From: Octopus sinensis | Lineage: Eukaryota | Length of the DNA stretch: 64,000 nt | Direction: 5' to 3' | NCBI RefSeq assembly: GCF_006345805.1 | Contig: NC_043004.1 | Span: 46,252,001-46,316,000, forward strand | In this document: positions 13,601 to 28,605 of the stretch, in pieces | Numbering within the stretch: position 1 is the stretch's first letter | Layout: each line of letters starts with the position of its first letter | Position numbers and translations under genes: made by a program | Notes under the pieces: generated by a model | What the model saw: the letters and a program-made list of their open reading frames with translations, nothing else | Databases searched by the model: none | Told to the model about the DNA's origin: nothing

Positions 13601-14379
13601 ACGGACAGACAGAGATAATATCAATATCAAATGCATGTAGAATTTGTGAATTGCTGAACAATTAAATTACTCCTCAATAGATTACAGAGTTGATCTGTAA
13701 AAATAGAAGTGAATGACTTTAATAAAGATACCCGCTTGAATTCAAAATAGTTGTATTCTTGAGATTGTAATGTTCAACATGTGAACAAACATTACCATTA
13801 CATATATAGATTCTTTTCTCTGATTCCAGAGATTCGTTTGCAACTGATTTTGATGTATATGCTGCATATGTTTTGCATAAGCCGTTGTCCTCTATAATAC
13901 TGATACATGAATACGTGTATGTATGTATGTATGTATGTATGTATGCATGCATGTATGTATGTATGTATGTATGTATGTATGTATGTATGTATGTATGTAT
14001 GTATGTACATAAGTATGTGTCATCAATAGTTAATCATTTAAATTCTTACTCTCAAGAAACAACTGGTTTCTAAACATGATATAAATCTCTATCTTTGGAA
14101 TATAGATAACAAAAACAACGTCACATTTTAAACCTGAGAAACGTCTTGCATAATTTTACTGTTCCGCTTACAAATTGTATTTTTAATGTGTGAATCAGTT
14201 GGTTGATTTCTGTTTCAGAAAACCCAAGCTTATCATGGCTGACAGTTAGGCATTGACTTACCAAACCAAGTGCTCCAATTATTATTCGTTCAAATGTAAA
14301 TTTGTAATCCGGATAGAGAAGCTGCAGGTTTCGACGAATTTGTCAATGATTATCTTCTTCCTCATTGAATTTCGGAGAA

Positions 14380-15240
14380 ATAATCACATCAGCATGCCAG
14401 CTGATCTCTATGACGTTTCGTACCTTTTCTTGTCTGTCCCAAACATGAATCCGGCCTGTTATGCTTACACTTGACAGATGTTTTGATGGGAATATTCCAG
14501 CAGTATTCCTTGTGCTGGCATTTGTGTGTCCACTCAATAACAGTGGAGTTCTCTATATTTACTCCACGACAGTCTTTTTTCCCAAACGGCATTGTATGAT
14601 TTTTTGCAACAACGCCATGTCGCGTAGCGGAGGTGTTTTTTCTTTCTTCAGACAGTACAACTTTGTTTATCAGAAAATGTTCAGCACATCCCCTCACTCC
14701 CTTCTTTCCACCAGCCTGCTCAACAGTCACTATGTTGTTGGATTTACAACGATCCTGGAGGAACTGGTTGAGTCAGCTTGAGTCAGTTTGTAAATAATGT
14801 GTAGGCAAGCAATGGGTCTGTAGCTTTCAGGCAACTCAGCAGTTTCATTCTTGGCCACAAGATTCACTCGCGCTATAGAAAGCCAATTTGGTATGTCAAT
14901 CTGACCTTCCATAGTACTTTTGAATATGTTTATTAGTGGTTTCCTGTAAAATGTCAACCAGTATGCAAGTATTAGATCCCGTACAGAGGCCTTCTCATTA
15001 GGCAGTGTGCCTAGAGCTATGATGAAAATATCCGGGTCAATTGCATATGTTCTACTGCTGATACTGGTACAATATTCTCTCATTATTACATTTAGCCACA
15101 ATCGATTAAGGTTGCAATTCCTGTTATCATTACTGATTTTTAACCAGAATGATTCCAGATATTCTTGAGAGATGCTTTCTTAACGGTAATATTTTCTTTC
15201 TTCATCTCTCTATACACTCTCCGTTGGTTAGCAGTAAACT
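14380..15240 (-). pseudogene. R4/Dong-like (REL-endonuclease class) non-LTR RT fragment
   Basis: ORFs 14730-15101 and 14389-14730 give LILAYWL, ESYRPIACLHIIYKL and EQAGGKKGVRGCAEHFLINK, matching the RT domain 1-2 pattern of R4/NeSL-group elements. Confidence 0.7.
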
Positions 15241-15619
15241 TGTGATTTATACAGACTAGTTCAAAAATATGTACGTATGTATGTGTAAAATACTGACTCA
15301 GCATAGCTGCAGTTAAATAGCTGGAACTTAAGTAGAAAGACTAAATTGGAATATGTACAAATGTATAGATATCTCCCTCACACTTTCTGCATGTATATAA
15401 TATACAAATCGTGTTTAAGAAGTTTCGAATGGAAAGAGGCTGCTTTTCACGGGGTTGCATTTCACCCTAGCGTACACCGGTTTATCTCCATATCGCCTGG
15501 AATTCGTTAATTTGTGCTAGTATTAGTGTTTATCGATGGTTCTCCATCGACATTAGAGCTATAAAGGAGTTCAATATTACAGAGTTGGCAGAATTCTTTG
15601 TCTTTATCCTATGGGAATG

Positions 15620-16200
15620 AAATAGAGAGAATCAACCAAATTGTTTATTATGATTTATTAGATACCAAATTAATTTACTAAGCCCTGTACTGTTGCGTTT
15701 ATTACTATCCCTAAATGTAGAGTAATGATTAGAAATTCTTTTAGATAACTGGGAACAAGGACTATCTGTATAAAAAATAAACATCGGTACCGGAAGTAAT
15801 TTCAACTGATATATAGAGTTTGTAGTCTTAGAATTACTAGGCATAAACTTAATTCTGTTGGAATTGACTTCAGAAACAATAACCTTGTTGTTAATAATTT
15901 TAGGGGATGGTTAGTATTAGCTAACTTAATGCTAGTATTTTCAGTAATTGGATTCTTATTTAACAGACTAATATTATGTGAAGAGATAATTTGTGAATGA
16001 TTTTCTGTGTTAGGAAAAAGCTAATCCTAACAATGTGCGAGTTGATAATCGAGTAATACCTAGAATTCTTTGGAATTTTCTTAATAATAGCTTCACGAAA
16101 CTGGAAAAGAAGATTAGATTTAATTTGCCTTCCATAAGGAATAATCAAAACAAATAGTTTTGCAAGTAGTTGGTTTATTTTTAGTGAAACTATCTTTAAA
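15620..16200 (-). pseudogene. Degraded Penelope-like element, GIY-YIG region (Naiad-like signature)
   Basis: IPYGRQIKSNL...IINSHIVRISF and SKRISNHYSTFRDSNKRNSTGLSKLIWYL resemble the PPFS..VKTN and R..NH.SSF...NST.LSK.IW motifs. The subclade assignment is inference. Confidence 0.6.
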
Positions 16201-16293
16201 AGACTACGATTTACCTTTAGAATGAAGGAAAAAAAGTCTTAAATAACGGTTATCTCCCTTACACTGTTAAAAAATTTTACTCTGTTTATATAA

Positions 16294-16342
<49 letters not shown>

Positions 16343-17898
16343 ATGCATTTCTATATAGATATATGCGCGCGCGCATGTTCATCTACATACACACACACAC
16401 ACATATATATAAATAGGTGAAGATATAATTAACACCTCAAGAAAACGAGATATACTAGTAATATTTGGGCAAATCTTTCATGAAATTATAGCATGGAAAT
16501 TATAGCATTTTCTTGCCACAATGAATTACATCAGCTTGGATAAGAGATAAATTTCAAAAACATGATAAACAGTGTGTTTTGCATTTTGTATATATTCAGT
16601 ATTTCCTTTACGTAATATACCACTTGTAGTTTGTTGCGATGAGAACTTCCGTCATACTCAACAAGATAGATGAAATATCTATGTAAATATATTCTAAATT
16701 TGGAGTGCATTGACAGGTAGTTGAACCCAATAGGCAATATGGTGACACTTGTACATGCTAACTGAGAATATGTGATGTTAACTATCACCGCTTTTATCAT
16801 ATGACGAATGTAAAATTTCGACATTTGGGGCGATACATGTTGAAGCTGACAGTGTGATAAAAGCAAGTCTTTCGAATGCTGTAATCAAAGACAAAGAACC
16901 CAAGCTGTTCACAGTTATGTACATCTATAATACTTTCTACTAAATTGCTTGCTTGTACGTTGGAAGATTATCAAAGTTCGAGGATCTTGGAAATGCAATA
17001 GAGAAAATATCAAATATGAGATCACAAAAGTCACCAATCATAACATGTGCTGCATATGATGAAAACAAGACGAAAAATTTCAAGGCCATACTGCAGTTTA
17101 TATCATTGCACATACGAAATGAAGAGTATCCTTGTTTAGTACAAGCAAACTATACTCATTAAACCTAATTCGGTATTGCGTCTTATACAATATATGATCA
17201 ATGAAATAAGCGTCTAATTCTATTAAGGTCATTATTACAGAAAACAACGTAATTTAAATAATCTGCGCAACAAAGCAAAGAAATGATGACCCCCCCCCCC
17301 CGTTGTTTACTTCGATGGGTAGTTCCGCAGCTCGATTTACAGAACAGCCAACATAATGAGATATTATGTAAATGGTTAAGAGCCCAGTTGTATTCCTAAA
17401 TAATTCTAATCAGATTCAGAATTAGTGACAAGGTCGGCCCTTTTTAATTGTTGACGACATACCGATCGATCATGACCATCTAAATTCACTCACAGTATTT
17501 TAATTTAACAAAATTTACAGAAAAGCCCATCGTCTCAGGTGCTACACAATGTGATCGAAACTTGTTTCTTATGATCCAAGTAGATATTTCAGAGTCCACA
17601 AATGACCATAGCAAATGCACACAACAGGAAAAAAATCAAACCTGTTAGCTTACTTGTTCGAAGATTTTTAATACATTACTTGCATGCGTTTCAGATGCCT
17701 TCAGGAAACGGTCATGGACAAAGTCATCTTTTATGAATATAAGACATTATATCCATATGCAAGCAACAAACGCAGACTAACACACATATATTTATACACA
17801 TTCACACACACAAACACACGCAAGCATGTAGCATCAGGCCGGCCGAACCCCGTGAGTGGATTTGGTACATAGGAACTGAAATTAGCCCGTCGTACATT

Positions 17899-17946
<48 letters not shown>

Positions 17947-17950
<4 letters not shown>

Positions 17951-18901
17951 GTTGGAAACTAAGTTCCCGCCGTTTTTTGAATTTAAAATTTTTTAAACGG
18001 TTTAATAAAAAAAATAACAACTAACTAATCAATAATTTAAACACCCTTGTTGTTTACAACTTCTTCCTAACGTTCAACGAAATTTTCAATATCTCGTTGG
18101 TAAAAATCACTCGAATTCGACTCCAAAAATTGATCCAACAAAGCTCTCAATTCTGCATCAGTATTGAACAAAAGTCCGCGCATAGCATTTGAAATATATG
18201 GAAAGAGGTGGAAATCCGTTGGTGCCAAACCAGGAGGGTGCGGTGGGCGTGGCAGCACTTCCCAGCCATGCGTTTGAATGGCTTCCTTGGTCATATCGGC
18301 GATATGAGGGCGGGTGTTGTCGTGCAGCAGGAGAACTCCATGCTGCCCATTAGGTATTTTCGCTTGAATAACCGTGTTGCATCCATCTGTTGAACACGTT
18401 GACCGTTTGGTTCCGTTCAAGCAATTGTAATGGATAATCCCTTCCCAGTCCCACAATACGCACAACATCGTTTTACGCGGAAGAATATCATGTTTCATGT
18501 GTGTTGTCGCTTGTTTACCGAGGCTAAGCCATTCTTTATACTGCTTCATATTGATGTACAGGCACCATTTTTCGTGTCCAGCAACCATTCAGTAAAGAAA
18601 TCGATGCTTGTATCCATGAATTGAGCGGTGACGACCAAGCAAATCAGCGGAGATTGTGGCTCGATAATTTTTGTTGTTTTCACTTAAAGCATGCGGAAAC
18701 CATGCTCCATGCTTCTGAACCTTTCCCATCGAGTGAAGATGCTTCTCTATAGCAATGTGGGAGCATTCGATTTTCTCTTCCAGTTCCCGTGTCATTTGAC
18801 GAGAATTTTCGTGCAAAAGTCGGTGTAATTGACGAAACCGGTATGACTTTGAATCCCTGTAACAATTCATAATAATGAATTTTATTCCACTTAATTCTCA
18901 C
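17947..18901 (-). mobile_element. Mariner (D34D) transposon relic with one TIR
   Basis: ORFs 18067-18588, 18589-18870 and 18680-18901: EKWCLYIN, LLLHDNTRPH, LPRPPHPPGLAPTDFHLF. TIR-like tcaggttggaaactaagttcccgccg next to (TA)n; second TIR not found. Confidence 0.88.
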
Positions 18902-19000
18902 TTAGTTCATCTTGTATATATTTTATCGATACTTTTCATAAAAAAGCCTTTACTTTTTTTATATCGAATGTGCATTTTAGCTTTTTGCTTCATACATTCC

Positions 19001-19050
<50 letters not shown>

Positions 19051-19391
19051 GCATACGTGTGTGTGTATGTGCGTGTGTCTGTATATAAATATCTGTGTAC
19101 TGGTTGACGTCTTAAGTGTTGACTATGCTGTCGTCTACGCAGTTCTTGTGTATTTCACATAGTTTCATAAACGCTTTGAGACTAATTATTGCAGATATAT
19201 CTACTAAAGTATGTTTCATGGTGTCATTTACTTGGCTTGTTCGATCATTTTTAGATATCTTTCATCTGCTGTATACACAAGTTTTAAGTGTTATTAAGTC
19301 GTCTTTTGCAGCTGTACATTGTCACAATTCTTTAGATTCTGTTCACAAATTTTCCAAGATTTTCAAATGCCTTAATAATGTTGATTTTATA

Positions 19392-19441
<50 letters not shown>

Positions 19442-19551
19442 CGCCACCACCACCACCATCACCACTGCTGCTGCTGCAACAACAACTACTACTACTACTA
19501 TTAATAATAATAATAACAACAATAATAATAATGATGATGATGATGATAATA

Positions 19552-19614
<63 letters not shown>

Positions 19615-19620
19615 TAATAA
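19392..19620. repeat. (ACT)n/(AAT)n trinucleotide microsatellite
   Basis: Seen directly. Confidence 0.9.
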
Positions 19621-19825
19621 TCCATTCTACTAAAGGCACAAGGCCTGAAGTCTGAGTCAGAGGACCAGTCAATTTCATCGACCCCAGTACTTCACTGGTA
19701 CGTAATTTAACGACCCCAAAAAGATAGAAGGCCAAGTCGAATTTGAACGGCGGAATTTGAACTCATTTGAACTCATAACGTAAGGACAGACGAAATGCTG
19801 CTACGAATTTTGCCCTGCAAGCTTT
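19620..19825 (-). mobile_element. Diverged SINE family B-related copy
   Basis: atcgaccccagtac...ggtac...gacccc...aaggccaagtcga...gcggaatttgaactc is homologous to 52491-52721 but carries a different tail. Confidence 0.6.
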
Positions 19826-19919
19826 CAGTTATATTTTAACATCAATTATCTTTCACTTGCCCTAGGCCGCTGGGTGTGTCTCAGCGAGTGATTGTTTTAA
19901 TTAGTCAGATTATAAGTAA

Positions 19920-19964
19920 ATAGTAATAACAATGACAACAACAACAACAACAATAATAATGATG

Positions 19965-20030
<66 letters not shown>

Positions 20031-20065
20031 TTAATAATAATAATAGTAATAATAATAAAAATAAA

Positions 20066-20103
<38 letters not shown>

Positions 20104-20199
20104 TAATAATAATAATAATAACATAATAATAATAATAATATAATAATGATAAGGATAATAATAATAATAATAAAAATAATAATAGTAATAATAATAATA

Positions 20200-20232
<33 letters not shown>

Positions 20233-20247
20233 AATAATAATAATAAC

Positions 20248-20325
<78 letters not shown>
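19920..20325. repeat. (AAT)n microsatellite, about 400 bp
   Basis: Seen directly. Confidence 0.95.
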
Positions 20326-20552
20326 CCTTTCTAATCTAGGCACAAGGCTCGAGATCATGGAAAAGGGGGGCAGTCGATCACAGTGTTCTACTATATATAT
20401 ATATATATACCACAAGCAGAGAATTTCAATTTTTAATGTCAGGAAAAACACCGGATAAAGAAACATTCCAGGTGGAAACATACCCAAAACTACTGAACAT
20501 ATAATTCCTACACAAATAGTCAACAACCATGAACTATAGGAAGATATCCAGA

Positions 20553-20589
<37 letters not shown>

Positions 20590-20592
<3 letters not shown>

Positions 20593-21110
20593 ACGGGAAG
20601 GTTTACGAAAATAAACAAAAGACGAAGGTAGGTGGAGTACAAACAAACAAATGTATTAGTATGGGGCTCAGGAATAGAAATAGAACAAGTCTTTTATGTT
20701 TCGAGTCTACGCTCTACGACAGAAAGATACACAGAAAAAAACAAGGAGAGAAAAAATGCGTGCGGGAGCTAACGATCTATCATGGCGTCCTGACTTCGGA
20801 CAGTGGTCAGGGGAGATAACAGGGTCAAGGAACTTCCAAAACGGAGGTGCCCCCAACACAAAGTTGCGCGTGTGTATAAGAGAGTATTATGTGCGTGTGA
20901 AATAGGGCTGGTGGTCTGGACGTGTGTGTGTATGTATGTGTGGAGATGTGGGGATGGGTGTGTGGGTGGTGTGTTGTGATGTGATATGTGTATATATGTG
21001 TAGGTGTAAAGATGTGGGGAAGGGTGTGTGGGCGGTGTGCTGTGGGTGGTGTGTTGTGATGTGATGTGTAATGTTGTATGGTGTAGTGTATGTATATCGT
21101 TTCTGATTTG
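20590..21110 (-). mobile_element. Penelope-like 3' end/pLTR fragment with a degenerate hammerhead motif
   Basis: Homologous to 43061-43750 (taacgggaag...gacgaaggtaggtgg...gctcagga...tttcgagtctacgctc...cagaaagatac); abuts (TA)n. Confidence 0.75.
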
Positions 21111-21913
21111 GTTTGCAAGATCCTTTATTTGAATTCGTGTGTTGAGGCATATTCTATTGTTTCTGAGGAGGGTCATCCTCTTTTGATGCCTGATAATTTA
21201 ACACACTCACCGGTAAGATTTTTCCACTTATTTTATATTTTCCAAAATTTTCGTTGCGTCTTGCAATCTTTTCAATACTTTTGACTCTCTCCGTTACTCA
21301 CACTACGTATTTTTTTCGTTTATTTGTGTGCATGCATGCGGATCAGAGTGTATGTGTGTGTGCTAAACATGCATGTATGTATGTATGCATGTGTCTGTAT
21401 GCACGTGTGTGTGCATGTGCATATGTATATATTTATATACGTGTGTACATTTGTATGTATGTACTCTGTATATTCATGTGCTTGCATGTCCATGCTTGTG
21501 TGTTTTTATGTATGTGCGTGATCAATAAAATAAGTACCATCGACTGGCCTCTCCCCCTAAATTATTGATCTTTTTGCCAAAATTTCAAACAAATATTTTC
21601 TTGATCGTTTAATTCGGCAAGTTAGGAAAATCAGTAGCATGTCGGGAAAAAAATATATTTGAAATTGCTGGTCTTTTGCCATAACTTGAAATGAATAATT
21701 ATTTCTAATATATGTTGCAGTTAAAATAAAGCATCGAGATTTTAAAATTTATTGATAGAAAAAATACCATTTCTCCATTTTCTTTTTATCCCATAATTAT
21801 GTTCTGTTGATCTTTTCAGATTTTCAGGTATTCTGAATGTACAAGGTGTGTAAAAGAAAATAGAGGAGGATAAAATAATTATGATTTTATTCAACTTATT
21901 GAACTCTTGTGTA

Positions 21914-22220
21914 GGCGCAATGGCCCAGTGGTTAGGGCAGCGGATTCGCGGTAGGAAGATCGCGGTTTCGATTCCCTGACCACGCGTTGTGTGTGTTTAT
22001 TGAGCGAAAACACCTAAACGCTGTACGAAGCTCTGGCAGGGGGTAGTAGAAACCCCTGTTGTACTCTTTCGCCACAACTTTCTCTCACTCTCTCTTCCTG
22101 TTTCTTAGGGAATACTGCGATGGACTGGCGTCCCGCCCAGCTGGGGGGGAACACATACGCTACAGAAACCGAGAAACCGGGCCCATGAGCCTGGCTAGGC
22201 TTGAAAAGGACGAATAAAAT
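21914..22220 (+). mobile_element. tRNA-derived SINE with a V-SINE-like central domain
   Basis: A box tggcccagtggttagg, B box ggtttcgattccc, and ctgcgatggactggcgtcccgcccag resembling the V-domain consensus (recalled, not aligned). Confidence 0.65.
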
Positions 22221-23384
22221 TGCACTCTTAGATTCAGACACTTATTGTTGCTGCTCTTCAGTTTTTCTAAGCTATATAAAAGAATTCAGAAGGTTAAGCC
22301 TCCAACCAGGCGTTTTGCGATGCCTTTAATGCCAGGAACTTTTCAGTCTCACCTCATACCACAATTAATTTTCCCCTAAAGGCTCGATAACACAAATTCT
22401 CGAAATTCAACGACGTGACGTGTGACTTGTCAGTATCTTTTCGCAACCCAAACGTGATTGCCACAGAACAGATGCAATCAGCGCTGTGAAACAATACTTT
22501 GCTAACAGTTGCTGAATTATTATGATAATTTTCTATGAACGTACGTTGCAACAAGTTTCTTGTATAAGAATCTAAATCTCAGATAAAACGTATCTTGTTT
22601 TCGAATTTTTAAAATTGTTTCATGCCTTCTGGTTTTGCTTAAAATATATACTCATGCATGAATACGTACACAGTTAGGTTAGAAAACCAGCCTAGTAACA
22701 AGATATTAGATTCAGTAGAAGTTAATATGTGTGTGTGTGTGTGTGTTTATATAGACAGCATGAATATGTGTTTGTATATATATATATATATATATTCATG
22801 TATGTATGTGTACATGCATTTTTGCATTACTTACATACGCACGCGTATATATATATATATATATATTAAAAACAATATAAATATATAAACATAAGTGCAC
22901 ATGCACACACATCTGTCTCTCTCTCTCTCTATATATATATATATTGTATTCTGCCTTTTTATTGTATACTTATGTGTATGTGCGAGTATACATACACATA
23001 AATATGAATATGTTTGTGCATATATGTACATAATCATTTATTAAATTTCTTTGTATAAGTCCTCACCCTGCTTACACTGAAAAGAATGCCTCTTCTATTC
23101 ATGAAAAACGTATTAGTAAAATTTGAAGATAAGCGCAGAATTTAGTTCCGGTTGAGAAGTTCAGTTATCAAAGCTGACACGAAGGGGTGTTTTTGTTGTA
23201 TAGGACCAAAGACGTCCAACTGAACAGTACAACAGAAACACAATACAGAAAGAATATGGTAAGAAAGAGATATCGGTTTCTGGATGGAAAAAGACTGTTG
23301 ATAACATTGTTCCCGGTTACTTGAGCGTGGCCAGGAGAAAAACTTGAGACACGTTGCACTGGTAAATCGACTGGTGTGTTATAT

Positions 23385-23560
23385 AATAGAAGGAGGAGAA
23401 GAAGGAGCAGAAGAAGAAGAAAAAGAAGGATGAGGAGGAGGAGGAGAAGAAGAAGAAGACGAAGAAGAAGAAGAAGAAGAAGAAGAAGAAGAAGAAGAAA
23501 AAGAAGAAGAAGAAGAAGAAGAAGAAGAAGAAGAAGAAGAAGAAGAAGAAGAAGAAGAAG
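23385..23560. repeat. (GAA)n/(GGA)n microsatellite
   Basis: Seen directly. Confidence 0.9.
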
Positions 23561-23997
23561 CATCGACATTAAATCGTTAATTATATCCCAAAATGACACA
23601 GTAACCATATTGTTAAGCATGTCGGTTATCTTTGTGAGAGAAATAAAGCTATTTTTCGCTCTTATATATGCATCCACGACAATTGTGAATAGCTGCTTCC
23701 GATAGCTATATTATTTTCAGACTCCAACAACATATCTTTAACTGAACTATGGAATTCATCCAAATTGAAATAGATTTATTTATAATATGGCTTAAAAGCA
23801 GATACAATCTCCCCCCAAAAAGCTTAAGTACGCTAGTAGTACTGAAACGAAACACAATGCTTTCTAAATTTTATCAGACTAAGTTATAGATAAAATGTAC
23901 CAAATTGCACTGAAAAAGAAATATAGATATACTGAGATACGTAGAATCCATTGCGCATATCTTTTGGCCAGTCTAACTGCGTATCTCACTTTGTCTT

Positions 23998-24073
<76 letters not shown>

Positions 24074-24259
24074 CGTGTGTGTATGTATATATATATATAT
24101 ATAGATATATATACATATATATATATGTGTGTGTGTGAGAGTGTTTCTATTTGTATACATAGGTACATACACACATAGACACGATCATTTATGCTTCTGT
24201 ATATGTGCAAGTGTTTTCCTTCTATGTAGGTCTGCTTGTCTCCCCCTTCTGTGTATATA

Positions 24260-24299
<40 letters not shown>

Positions 24300-24364
24300 T
24301 AAAAACGGTAAGATAACAAAAGTAGGAAAGAGACCTCAATATTATGCACATAGAGGAAATTTAT

Positions 24365-24790
24365 CTGTAAAATAATATGTGACAATTATTTGGTAGCCAA
24401 GATAAAACTCTGAGTTTCGGATGCTGAGGTGGAAATCCACAACACTATATCTTCGGTTATATGGCCATCGGAAAAAATGGTATGAAAAAAAACCGTTATT
24501 CAAAGGGAAATTACTGTGTTATACGTTATAATAATATGTTATGAGCAGGCATGCTTGCGTGTTTACTATGAACTTTTAACCTTATTTTAATTAGCGGTCA
24601 TTGAATTAGCGCTTTCATATAAGTAGCGGACTTATAACACAGTAATGTCCCTTTGTATAACGGTCTTTTTTCATAGCGTTTTTCAGATGACCAGATAACC
24701 GAAGAGATGGTGTTGTGGATTTCCATCTCGGCATCGGAAACTCAGAGTTTTATCTTGGCTACCGAATAATTGTCACATATTACTTTACAG
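24365..24790. mobile_element. Palindromic MITE-like element with about 160-bp imperfect terminal inverted repeats
   Basis: ctgtaaaataatatgtgacaattatttggtagccaagataaaactctgagtttc... (24365-24523) pairs with ...gaaactcagagttttatcttggctaccgaataattgtcacatattactttacag (24633-24790). Confidence 0.75.
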
Positions 24791-24824
<34 letters not shown>

Positions 24825-24831
24825 ATATATT

Positions 24832-24878
<47 letters not shown>

Positions 24879-25983
24879 TATATATATATAAGTGTGTGTG
24901 AGTGTGTAATTGAGCGTGTTTGTATATATATGCATCGGTTACTATTTTTTGCACAATGCACCATACATCGGAAGACATGAGACAATTTTAAATATTCGAA
25001 ACCTACCTCTTGCAATATGAATATTATTTTTACATTCGTATTAAATATACACTAAGATTCTCTAATACGTTTAAACAAATATCTATGTACATATAGACAC
25101 AAACAAACACACCCACACACATGCACATACACACACAAACACACACACACACACTTCTTATCTCTGCTTGATCATGTATGTACGCAAAAGTTTGTGGGTG
25201 TGTGTGTGTGCAGTTTTTGTAAACGAAAGTGCGTATCGAAAGCGTCGGTAAACAGTGTATGCACATCGTAAAATCCACCAGATATATCGACAATAAAACT
25301 AGCAAAAATTCTACCAATATCACAATCATGATCATCAACGATGACAAAACTATGAAAATCGCAATACATAATCATACACACACACACACATTTGATATAT
25401 ATTTATGATTAAAATCTTTGGGTAGCAAGAATATTCATCGAAAGATACTTTGTTACCAGTGGTCTAGCGAGAAATAAAAAAATTAGTCAATAGCCTATAT
25501 ATTATACAAAGAAGAATACAGTGTACATTCAAACACAAGAGAAATACCCGAAGAATAGGATATCTGACTCGCTAGAAAGAGCAGTTAAAACTCCAAGCCA
25601 CCAATTGTTGTATTTCCGAAAGTGATTGGAAAATAAAAACTTTTGTCTTAATCCTAGACCGTGCAAGTGTCTAGGATTAAGGTAAAAGGGCAAGCCTTGT
25701 CAAACTCTGTGTCACGCTGAATCTCCCTGAGAACTAAGTTAAGGGTTCACATGTCTGAGAAATACTCGGCCACTTGCACGTTAATAAATGAGCTGCGATA
25801 TCACTGGTGCCAAGCTGTATCGGCCTTCGGCTTTTCCTTGGGCAAAATCGGTGGCCTGGAGAGGAAAAGCTGGTAGGCATGGGCGACTGCTGGTCTTCCA
25901 TAAACAACCTTGCCCGGAATTGTGCATCGGAGGGTGGCTTTCTGTGTGCAATCTCATGGCCATTCATGACAGAAGGGTGTCAC

Positions 25984-26035
<52 letters not shown>

Positions 26036-26119
26036 ACAAATGTATGTATCTATGCATATGTGTGTATACACACAAACACACACACATATATATATATAAC
26101 AACTGAAGCGTGGAAGACA

Positions 26120-26340
26120 TTAAAAAAACACACAAAAACCGTTAAATTCATTTCAACATTAAAATTTAATTTGTATCAAGATATTTTCCCTTTGAAAACG
26201 TCAATTGTTCACTGTCAAAATTTCTTGCGGCACGAAATTTTGTCAGTGAACAGGTCGCAGTTTCAAAGCGACGAAAATATTTTGATACTAATTAAATTTT
26301 AATGTTGAAGTGAACTTAACAGTTTTGTGTGTTTTTTAAA
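26120..26340. mobile_element. Small inverted-repeat (MITE-like) element with about 70-bp arms
   Basis: ttaaaaaaacacacaaaaaccgttaaattcatttcaacattaaaattt versus aaattttaatgttgaagtgaacttaacagttttgtgtgttttttaaa. Confidence 0.6.
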
Positions 26341-26574
26341 TGGCTTATAAACACCTTATATATATATATATAGTAGGTACTGTAAATTTAGGGTGAATAC
26401 TTGATAATAGAATAACAATGTTTGCGGCTGAAGAGATATTTAGACCATCTTTTAAATCAATAATACACGGATGTAAGAAAGGTTTGTTTATAAAACTTGA
26501 AACACGTGCACTGCGATATCCTTTCTGTTCTGTTTTTAATTTTATTTGATATATATATATAGCCACTAACACAC

Positions 26575-26731
26575 ATTTTTTCTAACCCTTGTTTCTCTCC
26601 TCGTGTCCCTTTCTGTAGAAGCGCGTAGGCTCAAAATGTAAATTCCTTTTTGTATTCCTAAGCGTTATACTAATACATCTGTTTGTTTTGCACACCACCT
26701 GTCTTCGTCTTTTGTTTTTTTCGTAAACTCT

Positions 26732-26735
<4 letters not shown>
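26575..26735 (+). mobile_element. Solo Penelope-like pLTR fragment
   Basis: ttctgtagaagcgcgtaggctcaaaatg...cctaagcgttatactaatac...ccacctgtcttcgtcttttg...ctccc|tatata, homologous to the reverse complement of 43061-43230. Confidence 0.7.
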
Positions 26736-26799
<64 letters not shown>

Positions 26800-27729
26800 T
26801 ATATTATATATATATATATTTGTATATTTATATTAATATGTATATATCTATACATATGTATGTATGTATTATATATTCGTATATACATGCATATACATAT
26901 ATATATATATACATACACACACACGTATATATATATGGATATATTATTATATATATGTGTGTGTCTGTGTGTGTATATACATACCCTACTTTACACGTGA
27001 TATTCATATTGCAGTTGAACGCTTAAACAACGACGACGACTATCATATGGCGATGGTGACGATGATGATGATTATGATGATGATGATGATGATGACGGTT
27101 TTGATGGTAGTGGTGGTGGTGGTGGTGGTAGTAGTATTAGTAGTAGTGGTGTTGATGATGTCGACTATGGCGATGACGATTTCCGTTGTACCAGTGATGG
27201 CGGGGTATTAGTTTTATTCGTCATCGTCATCGCCGTTGTTGATCTCTTTGGTAGGTGGAGATAATAACTGCAAAAATATGAAGAAGGTAATTAAGTGCAA
27301 TATTAATGGAGTTAACACGCAAGGCTTGCGAAACAAAAAAAAGAAAAAAAAAGGGATAAATTCAAACAAGCCGAAAACCAATCTAGATACTTTCAATTAT
27401 ACAGTAAATGCCAAAAGGGATAAATATAAACAAACAGACATTTCCTGGTGTATCTGAGTAATATTTCTGGCAGGTTAATTTCATATAGTAGAATAACTGC
27501 ATTAAATGAGATTATTTACCTATCCCTTTTTAGAATATTTAGAAATACAGGTAAATACAACAGCAACATCAATGACAATCCCAACATTAGGAATAACAAC
27601 GAGAGCAACGACAACAGCTGCAGCAACAACAACGATGACAGCATCAGTGAAAAACAACATCTACTGATGCTGACAAGCAAACAACAAACCGATAAAGAGG
27701 TATCAATCGTATCTATTGGAGTACATCTG

Positions 27730-28100
<371 letters not shown>

Positions 28101-28605
28101 AAATATCCATATCTTTTCATATATTTATGTGAAGTGTGCATTAGGCTTTTTACAACGTGGGATAATGCAAACAAAAGGAACTCTAATGAAGGAAATACGT
28201 AATAAGATAAGTAGATAAATAAATGATGTATTAAATAAGTGAAATGAATGGATGGGGGAAAAAAATTCATATCATTAGAGGCATAATTGCACAGTGTAGG
28301 CTTCGGAGAAAATAGCATGGTGAAACAGTAGGAAAATGATGTTGCGGAAGGGTAGAAGGAAGTGGAAGATGTGGAGGATGTGGATGAGTTTGGTGAGTGA
28401 TGTTGGTAGAAATGATTATGAAGATAGTGGTGTCAGAGAGTTGTTGGTTGTAATAATGGCTGTGGTGTCGGTGATGGCAATGGTGGTGGCAACGGTGGTG
28501 CAAGTGCTTTGAATGACGGCGATGATGATGGTTATGATATTTACTATGTTGATGAAAGGTACATTCAAGCATGCACATCACGTATATAGATATATATAAG
28601 TATGT

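Noticed and set aside
16530-17170. ORFs of 111 aa (minus) and 69 aa (plus)
   Set aside because: No assignable motifs beyond a faint FRHLG (compare FKYLG); at best an unidentifiable old LINE.
21914-21990. tRNA gene
   Set aside because: It has A and B boxes but no acceptor stem or cloverleaf and continues into a SINE body. All other tRNA-like heads in the window are SINEs too.
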